Below are positions 38,927 through 49,672 of a stretch of DNA of 64,000 bases, piece by piece (position 1 is the first letter of the stretch; each line of letters starts with the position of its first letter). The position numbers and the translations under genes were made by a program. A model generated the notes under the pieces. The model was not told where the DNA came from, made no database searches, and saw only the letters and a list, made by a program, of their open reading frames with translations. The DNA lies in the sequence record NC_016571.1. The stretch is one strand, 5' to 3'.

Positions 38927-41900
38927 TGTTTAAAAGTGCAAAATTAGGAATGTTTGCGCTGGACGGTAATGAAGCAATGATGTACAATCAGTTTGTAAAA
39001 CTGTTTGGTACTCGTGAGAAGATCAATGATGTAACATCTCCCCGATATACTCCTGTCGGGGACATCATGCTTCCACGGAACTCGTTGATTCACTATCAAC
39101 AGCAGCACCCTGGAGAGGTTGGTCCAAGTAACACAGCTCCGTTTATTAGTAACTTTGATAAACGCATCAACATGTTCTTCAACGTTAACTACGAGGTCAT
39201 TCTGGGTTCTACAAAAATCCAGAACGTCCCGTTAACCAAAACCATCACTGGTTATGAAGGCAGCCACTTCATTTATAACCGTACGCGTAACTATACGACG
39301 GTTGTAGGTAAAGAAGGCGAGCTGTTAGTCAACAACTTGGCTATTGGGCAACTCCCAGTACTTTACAAACGTCGTACTGTATTTACTCCATATCAGAAAT
39401 GGTACAATGACCTTTACACTCTGGTCGGTTCCATTAATGAGTTCAGTAAGTATGGTCGACATCAGTTCATCGAAATTCAATTGCCTCGTACGTTCCCTAC
39501 GTATAAGACTCTTGAATTGATGTTCGACAAATACAAGAAGTTCTTTAACGAAGACGGTGAAGTTGTTCGTATGGACAAAATCCCACTGGCTCCTTTCCAA
39601 GCTGAGCAGTCTTTCTGGCTGTTAGACTTGTACGGATGTCTGATGGGCTTCGACAACTCCAATTACAGTTTGCTTGCTAAGCTCAATGAAGATGCTAAGA
39701 AGCAATTGGAAATTATCTTTACCTATAACGGTAAGTGCTGGATCGTTAACCTTCAAAACCTTATGAATCTCATTAGCTATTCTGATAAGGAAACTGATGA
39801 GAAACCAGGCAACTTAAAGATTAACTACTTCAAGCGCTTCTACGTTTCTTTAATTAGCCTGGTGACGCCTATCTTAGCCGAACCGGAGCAAGAGAGTGAA
39901 CAGGAAGCAGCTGTCGGCGACAACCGAGAAGATAAAGGATCCTCTACCAGAGGAAGTGACGAAGATGAAACATCGGCGCAAGGGGTTCCTGGGAAGGATA
40001 CCGCTGTGGATGGTGGTTCTGGGCCTAGTTCTTTGGCTGACCTTTACTCCAGCAGTAAGAGATCTACTGCTGTACAGGACAGTACCTCACGAGATGAGGG
40101 AAAAGAAACTAATAATGAAACACCTAGCCTCGAAGTCAGTATTGACGAAGAAGGAGAAGATGTTGGAGCCGATTCATGGGGACAGGACATAAGTGATGAT
40201 GTATTTGAGCAAGCCTCGGTAGAAAATGCCGCTATCGCTCAAACACGTCCTTATAGCCCAACTGCTTCCATTGAACGTGAACTTGATGAGCTTGCCCGTA
40301 CTGGTCAATTGACAAGTAAGGAACGTGAGTTCTTCGAGAAAGCAGCCAACACTTATAAAGACCTGGCCATTGGTGGGCGTACGATCGAAGAGATCATCGA
40401 CATCAAACCAGAAGACATGAAGCTCACTAATGATGACATCTCTCCAGATTCCATCGTAATACGTGACAAGGCAGCATTGAAGTCTCGTACCGAAGAACTG
40501 AAGAACGCCTACAACAGTAAGATGCTTCGTCGTAATATCATTGAAATGATTGTCTTTGCTCAGAACGGTAAAGTTGCCGTGACTGATTTGGATATGGAAC
40601 AAGTGGTAACAGCGGACTCTATGTTCGACGTATACACCATTCGCTACCAACCAATCAAAGGCAGTCAATCTACTCGTCGTATTCGTATCCCTACCGTAAT
40701 GGAAGATGGTACCTTTACGATGAACGGTGTTAAGTCATATGCTCAGTTGATGCGTATGGAAGCACCTATCAGAAAGATTAGTCCAACAAAAGTGGCGTTG
40801 ACTTCTTATTATGATAAGAAGGTAATGGTCGAGCGCTCTACTAAAGCTGTCGATGATTTCGGTCGTTGGCTGAAAGCGTCCATCATTGAACGTTCTTATG
40901 TTGACAAATCGATCCGTGTTAGTTTGGGTGGATTCAAACCACCTAAAGATCAGGTCTGTTATTATTACAGCATCCTGGCATCACGATTCAAAGCAATTGA
41001 AACTCCTCTGTATCACTTTGACTTCGACACTACCAACTTGGTCACCACCAAAGCTTGGGCTAAGCTCTGTAACGATAAGAGCTGGGTAATCGGTAAGCAA
41101 GGTGAACATCCAATCATCATTGACAACGCTGGTCTTGTTACCATCGATGGCGTGGAGAAAGGGTATATAGAAGAACTGCTCGGTCTGAACATTGTTAAAG
41201 CACCTATCCCGTGTGCTACCGTTAACGTGAACGGTTTCAAGTTCCCTGCCGTAGTCGTACTCTCTTACTGGACTGGTTTCAGTAACTTACTGAAGATGCT
41301 GAAAGCTGATTACCGTACGGTTGACCCTGACCAACGACCTCAGTTAGCAGCAGATGAGTATTTGGTTTCCTTTGCTGATGAACGTTTAATCTTTAACCGT
41401 CGTGACGAACTGACTACGTTGATACTGTCTGGATTGCGCAAGCTTCCTAACTTACACAACTTCTCACGTTCCCACCTGGATGACCCTAACGTTTGGTTCT
41501 CTCTGATTGGTGACCCTCGTGTCAAACCAACTCACTTCAAAGAGATGACCTTACTGTATGACATGTTCATTGAACCTATCATGAAGCGTCTTCTGGAAGA
41601 GAAAGGTTATCCGGTTGTGATGGACGAGTTAGTTATCGAGGCATGTAAGTTACTCCTCAATAACGAGTCTAAACACGAGATCGAAATTACCGAACAACGC
41701 TTTGTAGGTTATGAACGATTTGCTGGTCACGTTTATCGTGAGCAAGTTAAAGCAACTCGTCAATACCGTAACAAGCCAAACAACGGTAAGAAAACGTTTG
41801 ACCTTAACCCTGATGCGGTGATGATGAATATCATTACTGATTCCTCTTGCCAGGCTATGGAAGAGGTGAACCCGATTCACCAAATCAAGTCCCAAGAAGA

Positions 41901-43278
41901 ATATACCTTTGGTGGTACATTAGGTCGTAGTGACCGTGCGATGGTTCGTCGTACTCGTGGTCAATTGCCTAACTACGCAGGCATCGTTTCAGAAGCCGGT
42001 AAGGACTCCGGTAAAGTTGGCTTCATTGGTTATCTAACTTCTGATGCTAAGATCGTCGACCTTTATGGTAATGTTGATGTCAATGCGAAAGCAACTACAG
42101 TAGGTCGTGGCTCTGTTGTCATGAACGCACTGTACGGCACAACCAAGGATGATACCAAACGTACACTCTTCTCCGGCGTACAGCAGTCTCAGGTTATGGC
42201 TGCCGATAACTACGTTGTTAACCCACTGCGTACTTCTTATGACAGTCAGATTGCGTATCGTACTTCTGAGCTGTATTCTTCTGTTGCGAAACAGAAAGGG
42301 AAGGTAACAGAGGTTACTCCTTACGGCATGACCGTAACGTATGAAGATGGTACGGAAGGTAAGTTCCCGTTAGGTTATGAAATCGGTAAAGGTGCTGGTG
42401 AATATCACAAGCATAATAAAGTTACCGATATGGCTGTTGGTCAAGAGTTTGATAAAGGTCAGATTCTGGCTTGGAACGAACTCTTCTTTGACCGTGACAT
42501 GGTTGACCCGACTCGTGTAGCTTGGAAGTCAGGCGGTATGGCACGTATTGCGTTGATTGAAGATCAGTTCACCTTTGAGGACTCCATCGGTATCTCTAAG
42601 GACTTCTCGGAAGCTTCGACTTCTCCGTTCTTGAAACCAAATGACTTTAAAGTGTTGGGCGAACAGTCAATCAAACTGCATGTCAAAGTAGGCGATGTTG
42701 TTGAGTATGACCAGATCCTATGCGACATAGAGAACCCGGTCTCTTCTGTATTTGAGTATGATGATGCAGATAGCTTCGAAGGGTTAGATCGTATCGGGAT
42801 TAAACAGGTGAAGGCTAAGCAGTCAGGTAAGATTGCTAAGATTGAGGTCTTCTATAATGCTGGTGATTTGGATGACTGGGATGAGTCTCTCCGTACTTTC
42901 ATTAAGAAGTATGATGGGGTTCGTGCTAAGTCAGCTGAATATAAATCAGTAGCGGCTAAAACTGGTAACGTTGGAATCAACGCGTCAATTGGCAAGAGCA
43001 AGATTTACTTGAACACTGCCGTCGTGTACATCTACATTGAGAACACGATTAAGACGACTACTGCGGATAAGTTCGTTGTAGGTAACCAGATGAAAGGTAC
43101 AGTTGGATTCATTTATGAAAACCTAATCTATACTCTCGATGGTCGCCCTGTTCATATCACGTTCTCTTTGAAATCACTTCTTAACCGAATGGTTCTCAGT
43201 CTTCGCGATAAACTGGTTGCTAACGAAGTAAACAACGTTTACACCCAACGCATGATTTCCAAATACGGGAAATACTAA
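38926..43278 (+). CDS. virion RNA polymerase beta subunit, N-terminal/main part (phiKZ gp178-like)
   Basis: 1450 aa; [47 protein letters not shown]. Confidence 0.88.
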   Translation: MFKSAKLGMFALDGNEAMMYNQFVKLFGTREKINDVTSPRYTPVGDIMLPRNSLIHYQQQHPGEVGPSNTAPFISNFDKRINMFFNVNYEVILGSTKIQNVPLTKTITGYEGSHFIYNRTRNYTTVVGKEGELLVNNLAIGQLPVLYKRRTVFTPYQKWYNDLYTLVGSINEFSKYGRHQFIEIQLPRTFPTYKTLELMFDKYKKFFNEDGEVVRMDKIPLAPFQAEQSFWLLDLYGCLMGFDNSNYSLLAKLNEDAKKQLEIIFTYNGKCWIVNLQNLMNLISYSDKETDEKPGNLKINYFKRFYVSLISLVTPILAEPEQESEQEAAVGDNREDKGSSTRGSDEDETSAQGVPGKDTAVDGGSGPSSLADLYSSSKRSTAVQDSTSRDEGKETNNETPSLEVSIDEEGEDVGADSWGQDISDDVFEQASVENAAIAQTRPYSPTASIERELDELARTGQLTSKEREFFEKAANTYKDLAIGGRTIEEIIDIKPEDMKLTNDDISPDSIVIRDKAALKSRTEELKNAYNSKMLRRNIIEMIVFAQNGKVAVTDLDMEQVVTADSMFDVYTIRYQPIKGSQSTRRIRIPTVMEDGTFTMNGVKSYAQLMRMEAPIRKISPTKVALTSYYDKKVMVERSTKAVDDFGRWLKASIIERSYVDKSIRVSLGGFKPPKDQVCYYYSILASRFKAIETPLYHFDFDTTNLVTTKAWAKLCNDKSWVIGKQGEHPIIIDNAGLVTIDGVEKGYIEELLGLNIVKAPIPCATVNVNGFKFPAVVVLSYWTGFSNLLKMLKADYRTVDPDQRPQLAADEYLVSFADERLIFNRRDELTTLILSGLRKLPNLHNFSRSHLDDPNVWFSLIGDPRVKPTHFKEMTLLYDMFIEPIMKRLLEEKGYPVVMDELVIEACKLLLNNESKHEIEITEQRFVGYERFAGHVYREQVKATRQYRNKPNNGKKTFDLNPDAVMMNIITDSSCQAMEEVNPIHQIKSQEEYTFGGTLGRSDRAMVRRTRGQLPNYAGIVSEAGKDSGKVGFIGYLTSDAKIVDLYGNVDVNAKATTVGRGSVVMNALYGTTKDDTKRTLFSGVQQSQVMAADNYVVNPLRTSYDSQIAYRTSELYSSVAKQKGKVTEVTPYGMTVTYEDGTEGKFPLGYEIGKGAGEYHKHNKVTDMAVGQEFDKGQILAWNELFFDRDMVDPTRVAWKSGGMARIALIEDQFTFEDSIGISKDFSEASTSPFLKPNDFKVLGEQSIKLHVKVGDVVEYDQILCDIENPVSSVFEYDDADSFEGLDRIGIKQVKAKQSGKIAKIEVFYNAGDLDDWDESLRTFIKKYDGVRAKSAEYKSVAAKTGNVGINASIGKSKIYLNTAVVYIYIENTIKTTTADKFVVGNQMKGTVGFIYENLIYTLDGRPVHITFSLKSLLNRMVLSLRDKLVANEVNNVYTQRMISKYGKY

Positions 43279-43279
43279 G

Positions 43280-44266
43280 ATGAAAAATAGCGAGAAGAAT
43301 GCATCGATAATTATGTCGATACAGAGAACGCTCGCTTCACTCTCACTCTATGGAGGCCGCATCGACGGCCTCTTTGGAGAGAAGTGTCGTGGGGCTATCA
43401 TCTTGATGCTGAATAAGGTCTATCCTAATTTCAGCACCAACAAACTTCCGAGTAACACATATGAAGCGGAATCCGTGTTCACGTTTCTCCAGACTGCTTT
43501 GGCTGGTGTTGGTCTTTATACCATTACTATTGATGGTAAATGGGGTGGTACTTCTCAAGGTGCTATTGACGCCCTCGTCAAGTCTTACCGTCAAATTACC
43601 GAAGCGGAGCGAGCTGGGTCGACGTTGCCATTAGGTCTTGCTACTGTGATGTCTAAGCATATGTCTATTGAACAGTTGAGAGCAATGCTCCCTACCGATA
43701 GACAAGGATATGCTGAAGTTTATATCGATCCTTTAAATGAGACGATGGATATATTTGAAATAAATACTCCATTACGAATTGCTCATTTCATGGCCCAAAT
43801 CCTCCACGAAACGGCGTGTTTTAAATATACCGAAGAACTGGCGAGCGGTAAGGCTTATGAGGGTCGTGCTGATTTAGGTAATACTCGACCAGGTGATGGA
43901 CCACTGTTTAAAGGTCGTGGATTATTACAAATTACCGGGCGACTGAATTATGTGAAATGCCAAGTGTATTTGAGAGAGAAGTTAAAGGACCCTACTTTCG
44001 ACATTACGTCGTCTGTAACTTGTGCCCAACAGCTCTCCGAAAGTCCACTTCTTGCTGCATTGGCATCGGGCTACTTCTGGAGATTCATCAAACCTAAACT
44101 CAATGAAACGGCTGATAAAGACGATATCTATTGGGTTTCTGTTTATGTCAATGGTTACGCTAAACAAGCGAATCCTTATTACCCTAACCGGGATAAGGAA
44201 CCCAACCATATGAAAGAACGTGTCCAAATGCTTGCAGTGACAAAGAAAGCACTCGGAATAGTTTAA
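43280..44266 (+). CDS. modular endolysin: N-terminal peptidoglycan-binding repeats plus GH19 domain (recalled as OBPgp279)
   Basis: IDGLFG and IDGKWG PG_binding_1 motifs; FMAQILHET; [20 protein letters not shown]. Confidence 0.93.
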   Translation: MKNSEKNASIIMSIQRTLASLSLYGGRIDGLFGEKCRGAIILMLNKVYPNFSTNKLPSNTYEAESVFTFLQTALAGVGLYTITIDGKWGGTSQGAIDALVKSYRQITEAERAGSTLPLGLATVMSKHMSIEQLRAMLPTDRQGYAEVYIDPLNETMDIFEINTPLRIAHFMAQILHETACFKYTEELASGKAYEGRADLGNTRPGDGPLFKGRGLLQITGRLNYVKCQVYLREKLKDPTFDITSSVTCAQQLSESPLLAALASGYFWRFIKPKLNETADKDDIYWVSVYVNGYAKQANPYYPNRDKEPNHMKERVQMLAVTKKALGIV

Positions 44267-44296
44267 TCAACAATACCACTAATAAAAGGAATATCC

Positions 44297-44461
44297 ATGT
44301 CTGCCGTAGACAACATCATCACGGTCTCTAACCTCTTTGAGGTAGTGGCTAAAGTTAAAGAGAAGGTCGGTTATGAGTTCCAGGCTCCGCTTGACGAAGC
44401 TACTCAGAACGAAGTCACTTCTCGCGCTATTAAAGATATCGTATTAGGGGAAGGCGAATAA
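44297..44461 (+). CDS. small hypothetical protein, 54 aa (not in ORF track)
   Basis: RBS AAGGAA; MSAVDNIITVSNLFEVVAKVKEKVGYEFQAPLDEATQNEVTSRAIKDIVLGEGE; TAATG-coupled to 44461. Confidence 0.75.
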   Translation: MSAVDNIITVSNLFEVVAKVKEKVGYEFQAPLDEATQNEVTSRAIKDIVLGEGE

Positions 44462-45978
44462 TGATCAAGCAAACTACTGTTTTGATGGCAACCCCTATTG
44501 CTCTGGCTGCTTCCGCTAAAGGCATTGATCTTAATGATCGTTGCGGCGATATCATCCAAGGTCTGAACCAGACCGTAGGTACCATCAAGAAACTGACTGA
44601 AGATAACATCGCTGTTGATCTTCCTGAGTTTACTTCTACTGACACCGAACATACCGATGTCATGGAAGCAACTACTGACGTCATTGCTGAACATATCCGT
44701 GCAGCACTGAACACCATCTCTAAGAAAGTTAAACCTATTCTTAAAGGTGTTGAAAACGTCATGAGTTCTCAGCTGGATCCTTCTAACGTTTCTGAAACCA
44801 TCTTTGGTTATCTGAACATCAGCATGGTTAACATTGAACCTGGCTTCTTGAACTCTCCTTTCTATCCGAAAGAAGTTCCTGCTACGTTTAATGGTATCGA
44901 TACCATTCGTCTGGCTGATTTACTGCCAGGCGCATACCCTCAGATGAATCCTAACGATCTGGTAGACCTGATCGCTGTTGATGTTGCTGAGCTGATGCCA
45001 TTCTTCTCTAATGCAGAAGAAATCCGCAATGTGTATAACGGTCTGTTCGTTGAGAAAGACTTCTGGTCCTTCTTCGGTGCTAATGCAATCGACAACGGCG
45101 TGCTGTCTATCCGCAACCAAAGCAACTATCGTTTCAGTGCTTTCCGTCCTCTGGTTATTGGTAGTCTCATTCTGAACCGTTTGGTTTCTGAAGACGATCC
45201 ACTCCCAGGTGTAACTGGCGTATCACTGGACAACTACCGTGCTGGTCTGCGTATGACTCGTGACCTGTTCAGCTACATGCTTGTAACTTTCCGTACTATG
45301 TGGGAAGAACGCGCAGGCGCTGGTGTAGTCATCGTTGATAACGAAGTGAAAACCAAAGTTGCTGATTTCGGTAACATGGTCGGTAAAGAAGTTCTGTCCG
45401 GTAATCTGACTATCGGTTACAACCGTGCTGTTCTGGAAATGTTTGCTAAAGGTGACGAACTGTCTCTGAGCGAATACGCTGTCGGTTATCTGTACGCTAA
45501 GAAACGCGGCTATCCGATTAAAGACATCATCACTGATGCTGGTCCGATCAAGAACGCATGGATCGAATATTGTAACGATGTTCGTGGTGCGCTGGTTCTT
45601 CAGAAGTCTTCTATTGCTAAGAACGCATTCATCGCTACGATGGAAGGTCTGTATGCTAAAGAAGAATTCAAACCTCTTATCGAGGTAATGGAATCTGACG
45701 TTCATCCTACCCAACGTCTGTTGCAGCGTATCCAGGCTCAAATCGATCTGGACCTGTTCTTCAACAACATCCCAATGCTGGATGCGATTGTTCGTAATGA
45801 GAACTCTCTGATGAACACTCATCTGGCGGCAGTTCTGGCAGGCGCTCTGGATTCTCCTATTGCAGAAGAAATCCTGATCCTGAACAGCAACAAACCAGCA
45901 GCTTCTATCGAACAGCAGCGTAAAGCGCTGTCCTGCTCTATCGACACTGTTATTCTTAAGCGTCTGATTAAAGCTTGA
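44461..45978 (+). CDS. putative virion head protein
   Basis: 505 aa, strong codon bias, sits between vRNAP and protease genes. Confidence 0.55.
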   Translation: MIKQTTVLMATPIALAASAKGIDLNDRCGDIIQGLNQTVGTIKKLTEDNIAVDLPEFTSTDTEHTDVMEATTDVIAEHIRAALNTISKKVKPILKGVENVMSSQLDPSNVSETIFGYLNISMVNIEPGFLNSPFYPKEVPATFNGIDTIRLADLLPGAYPQMNPNDLVDLIAVDVAELMPFFSNAEEIRNVYNGLFVEKDFWSFFGANAIDNGVLSIRNQSNYRFSAFRPLVIGSLILNRLVSEDDPLPGVTGVSLDNYRAGLRMTRDLFSYMLVTFRTMWEERAGAGVVIVDNEVKTKVADFGNMVGKEVLSGNLTIGYNRAVLEMFAKGDELSLSEYAVGYLYAKKRGYPIKDIITDAGPIKNAWIEYCNDVRGALVLQKSSIAKNAFIATMEGLYAKEEFKPLIEVMESDVHPTQRLLQRIQAQIDLDLFFNNIPMLDAIVRNENSLMNTHLAAVLAGALDSPIAEEILILNSNKPAASIEQQRKALSCSIDTVILKRLIKA

Positions 45979-46715
45979 TGGAAATTGAAAAGCTGACTAA
46001 AGACCTGGGGCGGGTTGAAGCCGCCCTTAAGGTCTTACCAGATGGTAGCGTAGTTGCACTGCAACGATTGAAGGCTTGTTTCCCTAAACGCTTTGAACAA
46101 TCTAACCTGGCCGACATCGGCGACACAGTCCAGACCATTTTAATGGTTGGTGTAATCGTTGGTGACTATTATGCTTTCTTTGGTGGAATGACCAAAGTAG
46201 TAATGAAGCCGGGTGATATCTACGAAGCGACTCTTGGGAATGATCGTTACTTTGTGCTTGACTTTGAACCAGGTGATGTAGTTATCGAAGCGTTGACTGT
46301 TCCTATGGACGCCAACATCGGTTATTACTATTACTTGGAGTTCACCAAGTATGCTCGCTTACCGTGGTACTTAACCCATGAAGACCTGTTAGGTGTTTAT
46401 GATGAGGCTAAGTTCTATACTGGTAAATCAATGGGCACCAGTAACCAGGCTATCCGAGTTCTCTATGCATTAACGTGCAGAGATCCAAAGAACTTAGATA
46501 TCCCGTTCCGTTACGGTAGCTCTATTAACGATCCCAGCGTTAAACCGAAGATAATCGGTATTAACAACCCTGGTCAGTTGTTGAACTCTACCTTTAGCCG
46601 TTTGGCTTCTGGTTACATGTCCGACAACATTATCTCTGGTATTCTTAATCCTGATACTAAGGTTACGAATCTGGAAGAAGTTATTCGTGGTCTACCAAGT
46701 CGAGGAAATTCATAA
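45975..46715 (+). CDS. putative virion RNA polymerase beta' C-terminal fragment (phiKZ gp176-like)
   Basis: IIGINNPGQLLNSTFSRLASGY...LEEVIRG resembles the RpoC C-terminus; lies immediately upstream of the prohead protease. Confidence 0.55.
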   Translation: MMEIEKLTKDLGRVEAALKVLPDGSVVALQRLKACFPKRFEQSNLADIGDTVQTILMVGVIVGDYYAFFGGMTKVVMKPGDIYEATLGNDRYFVLDFEPGDVVIEALTVPMDANIGYYYYLEFTKYARLPWYLTHEDLLGVYDEAKFYTGKSMGTSNQAIRVLYALTCRDPKNLDIPFRYGSSINDPSVKPKIIGINNPGQLLNSTFSRLASGYMSDNIISGILNPDTKVTNLEEVIRGLPSRGNS

Positions 46716-47566
46716 TGTCCCAAATTTCATTAGGGAACATCATCCTTGCTGGTACTGGTAAGAAAGGGATTCTGGCTCCAGAAGCAAATGGCACCTACCT
46801 GCTTAATGCAGGTGGGTTTAACATCCCTAACCATGCTGGCATTACTTATCCTGCCAACGAGTATGTACTGGATCAGATTAATGAGAACTCTGATTTGCAA
46901 CGCCGTGTTAAAATGGGCTATTGCAAAATGGAAGTTGAACATCCTGAACCATTCATCTATGTGATCGAGAACGGTGTCAAATACCGTCAACCTATCACTG
47001 ACGTACTCCAATGGATCAACCGTCTTCGTTCTTATGACCCAGCTAATATCTGCGGTCTGATTAGTGAAGTGTTGTTTAACTTCGATAATCCGAATGATGT
47101 ACGGGCACCGATTTGGAACCTGATTCGTTGTGAACCATTTGGTCCACGTCGTGAAGAGTTCCGTGAATCACTGGCTAACCCACGTCACAACACTGCGGTA
47201 TCCATCCGTACTCAGATCTCTCCGTTCCGTCCTGGGGATACTCAGAAGAACGTTGAGTTCTGGACTGGTTATGATTGGGTTTCTGAGCCTGGTATGGTCC
47301 ATGCTAATAAACACATGACTGCTGGTTGCGAATCCTTCCTGAATGACTTCGGTCTTAACGACAACATGCAGAAGTTCAGTACTTCTGAAATGATTGAACG
47401 TTTGGATGGTGCGCTGGCTGAAGCAGATAAGAATGCTGAAGCTCTTATCCGTGTTGGTGGTATGGAAGCCCTGGATGACTATCGTCAAATCCTGGGTGGC
47501 ATTAAGGCTAAATACAGCAAAGGTGATTCCATCATTGTTGGTAAGTCATTCACCGATATCTTCTAA
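46715..47566 (+). CDS. prohead (head maturation) serine protease, T4 gp21/phiKZ gp175-like
   Basis: MEVEHP (His), YDPANICG, TAVSIRT (Ser), GYDWVSEPG (Asp). Confidence 0.85.
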   Translation: MSQISLGNIILAGTGKKGILAPEANGTYLLNAGGFNIPNHAGITYPANEYVLDQINENSDLQRRVKMGYCKMEVEHPEPFIYVIENGVKYRQPITDVLQWINRLRSYDPANICGLISEVLFNFDNPNDVRAPIWNLIRCEPFGPRREEFRESLANPRHNTAVSIRTQISPFRPGDTQKNVEFWTGYDWVSEPGMVHANKHMTAGCESFLNDFGLNDNMQKFSTSEMIERLDGALAEADKNAEALIRVGGMEALDDYRQILGGIKAKYSKGDSIIVGKSFTDIF

Positions 47567-47571
47567 TTGAG

Positions 47572-47610
47572 ATAAGTAGGGGTCCTTCGGGATCTCTACT
47601 TATTTTTTAT
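47572..47610 (+). terminator. intrinsic terminator with UUCG loop
   Basis: ATAAGTAGGGGTCC-TTCG-GGATCTCTACTTAT-TTTTT. Confidence 0.8.
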
Positions 47611-47665
47611 GTCTGTTTCCATTATACGTTACGAACAACATTCTCCCACCTAAGGAAATAAAGAA

Positions 47666-48322
47666 ATGTCAGAACAAGAAAGCGCTCTCAAAGAAGCTGT
47701 TACCAGTCGTCACATTCACGCAGTAGAGCAAGCACTGGACGCACAGGTTCCTACTCAATGGACAGCTAAGTCCATCAACCTGGCTGACCTGCGCATCGCC
47801 ACACAAGCTCGTGAGCTGGTTATTCAGGGCTACACTTTGAACAGCACCTTTAAAGAGTTCAATGAAGTATGGCTCAGTCTGCATACCGAAGATAAGAAAT
47901 GCATTATCGTCGATCAGGTAGCAACTAAGCTTAAGTATCAGCTGGTTAACTTGTATGCTATCAAACTGGTTAAGTATCTGAACTCTATCATCGGTTTGGA
48001 TCTGGTTCCTCTGGCGCAACAAGACCCAGCAACGCGCACCTGGAAAATGGATGCGGTTATTCTGAACATCGCTTCCAACAAAATCACTGATCACGAGCAT
48101 CTGTTCCGCTTGATGCTGGTTAACCTGTTTGGTATCAGTGAAGATATCGTTGATTTCTCTCTGGCACCTACTTACGGTAAACTCCGTAACTACCTCAGCA
48201 AAACTTATGGTTGGGTTCAGCCTCTTGAACCAGCAGCAGCTGACGATGCAGTTCCTACCATCGAAGCTCTGTCATCCACTGTTGTTGTTTGTGCAACTCA
48301 GGGTAAACTGACTATCGGTTAA
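47666..48322 (+). CDS. hypothetical protein
   Basis: 218 aa, RBS AAGGA. Confidence 0.75.
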   Translation: MSEQESALKEAVTSRHIHAVEQALDAQVPTQWTAKSINLADLRIATQARELVIQGYTLNSTFKEFNEVWLSLHTEDKKCIIVDQVATKLKYQLVNLYAIKLVKYLNSIIGLDLVPLAQQDPATRTWKMDAVILNIASNKITDHEHLFRLMLVNLFGISEDIVDFSLAPTYGKLRNYLSKTYGWVQPLEPAAADDAVPTIEALSSTVVVCATQGKLTIG

Positions 48323-48329
48323 TGTTAAC

Positions 48330-48356
48330 GTTAGAGAGGGTAACACCTCTCTAACC
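48330..48356 (+). terminator. stem-loop
   Basis: GTTAGAGAGG-GGTAACA-CCTCTCTAAC. Confidence 0.55.
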
Positions 48357-48380
48357 CCTTATGTTTGTTTGGAGATATTT

Positions 48381-48824
48381 ATGGATCATTGTACATCCTT
48401 GTTTACTCTTACCGATGATGGTAAACATTACTCACTTAACTTATTCGTCGCTAAGAAAGAAACTATCGACCGCTGGGGGATTGACTTAGTTAAGAAACTC
48501 TTTAAGGCGTATGAAAATAAACAATTACTTCTAGCTACTGATATCGGTGCTATCAACGTTGGTAGTGTCGAGAAAGTAACTATTGGAGAATGGGGATCCA
48601 GATCTCCTGAAGAAGTAGAAGTAACCTCTGTTACTGCTTCCTTGTTAGTCGAGAAAACTGACATTAGCAATTATCTTTATAACAACAATATCCGAATCTC
48701 GGCACAGCTGGTTCCTACCGCTCACGGTCTTAGTTCCGTGGTCCATATCAGCAAGGTTGTCAACTTCGGTAAAAATTATAACCTTTCAACTGTAGTAGGA
48801 GCAAGCCATGCAACCCGTAAATGA
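48381..48824 (+). CDS. hypothetical protein
   Basis: ATG48381 after GGAG. Confidence 0.7.
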   Translation: MDHCTSLFTLTDDGKHYSLNLFVAKKETIDRWGIDLVKKLFKAYENKQLLLATDIGAINVGSVEKVTIGEWGSRSPEEVEVTSVTASLLVEKTDISNYLYNNNIRISAQLVPTAHGLSSVVHISKVVNFGKNYNLSTVVGASHATRK

Positions 48825-49578
48825 AGCATTGATGACTGATGAAGAATTCCTGGTTCACATTGAGAAGGTCATAGAACCTCAAGTAGCTGACTGCGGTAAT
48901 GTTCAATTGCGAGCAGCCACCATTGGTCGTCTGTGTACAATGATCCGGGCTCGCGATAAAGCAATGCACCTTCAGCTCCAAACCGCCAGAACTACTTTCG
49001 CTCGCATCTTAGATGCTAATGGTGATAGTGCCAAGCCTAGCACTGTGGATGATTACCTAAACCTTCGCAAACAGGTTGAGCGTAAACATGATGGCACTCA
49101 TGAAGTCACTCTTTCTATTGTCAATGTCCCATGTGGGGTGGATGGTAAGAAATGGTCAATGGGTGATGAGAAAACCAAGATCTTCCTCAAGACAACCCGT
49201 GAAGAGTTGACCCCGCTTCTTGACAAGATTGTACTTCGAGGTGCGATTGGTGAGACAGATCAGAATACTGTTCGCCAACGGGTGCGCTTAGCTGGGGCAG
49301 GTACTGATTTTGGGATTAGTGAATATTCTAAGATCGATCCAGCTAATGTAGCCGGTGTTTTACTCGGCTATCAGATATCAGGTATTCGTGATGGCTCTGG
49401 CGCATTGGTGATCACTGGTAATGTGAGACTTACCCCAGAGGCAGCAGCGATGATGGAATCTGGAAACTATGTATTTGGCATCCGCAGCACTGTCTCTATG
49501 GACGGTCTTCACAGAGTGATTGATGAACTTCACGCGTTCGATATGTTCCCAGTTCATGAATTGAATACATCTATTTAA
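48808..49578 (+). CDS. protein with a degenerate prohead-protease-like C-terminal domain
   Basis: RGAIGETD, IDPANVAGVL, VFGIRST and AFDMF align by eye with protease motifs but lack His and Ser. Confidence 0.55.
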   Translation: MQPVNEALMTDEEFLVHIEKVIEPQVADCGNVQLRAATIGRLCTMIRARDKAMHLQLQTARTTFARILDANGDSAKPSTVDDYLNLRKQVERKHDGTHEVTLSIVNVPCGVDGKKWSMGDEKTKIFLKTTREELTPLLDKIVLRGAIGETDQNTVRQRVRLAGAGTDFGISEYSKIDPANVAGVLLGYQISGIRDGSGALVITGNVRLTPEAAAMMESGNYVFGIRSTVSMDGLHRVIDELHAFDMFPVHELNTSI

Positions 49579-49587
49579 TTTGAAGTT

Positions 49588-49602
49588 GATATTATCTACT
49601 TG
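49588..49602 (+). promoter_or_regulatory. putative phage early promoter
   Basis: GATATTAT-CTACT-TG. Confidence 0.65.
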
Positions 49603-49672
49603 CTTATTTGATAGATATTAAAGTCTAGTACCAAACTACTAGTTAATCAACTGAACAACGAGGAATTCAGAA

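Noticed and set aside
16891-43278. Introns or inteins in helicase, UvsX or RNAP genes
   Set aside because: Reading frames are continuous at the expected sizes; no intein C/S...HN junctions or homing endonuclease motifs noticed
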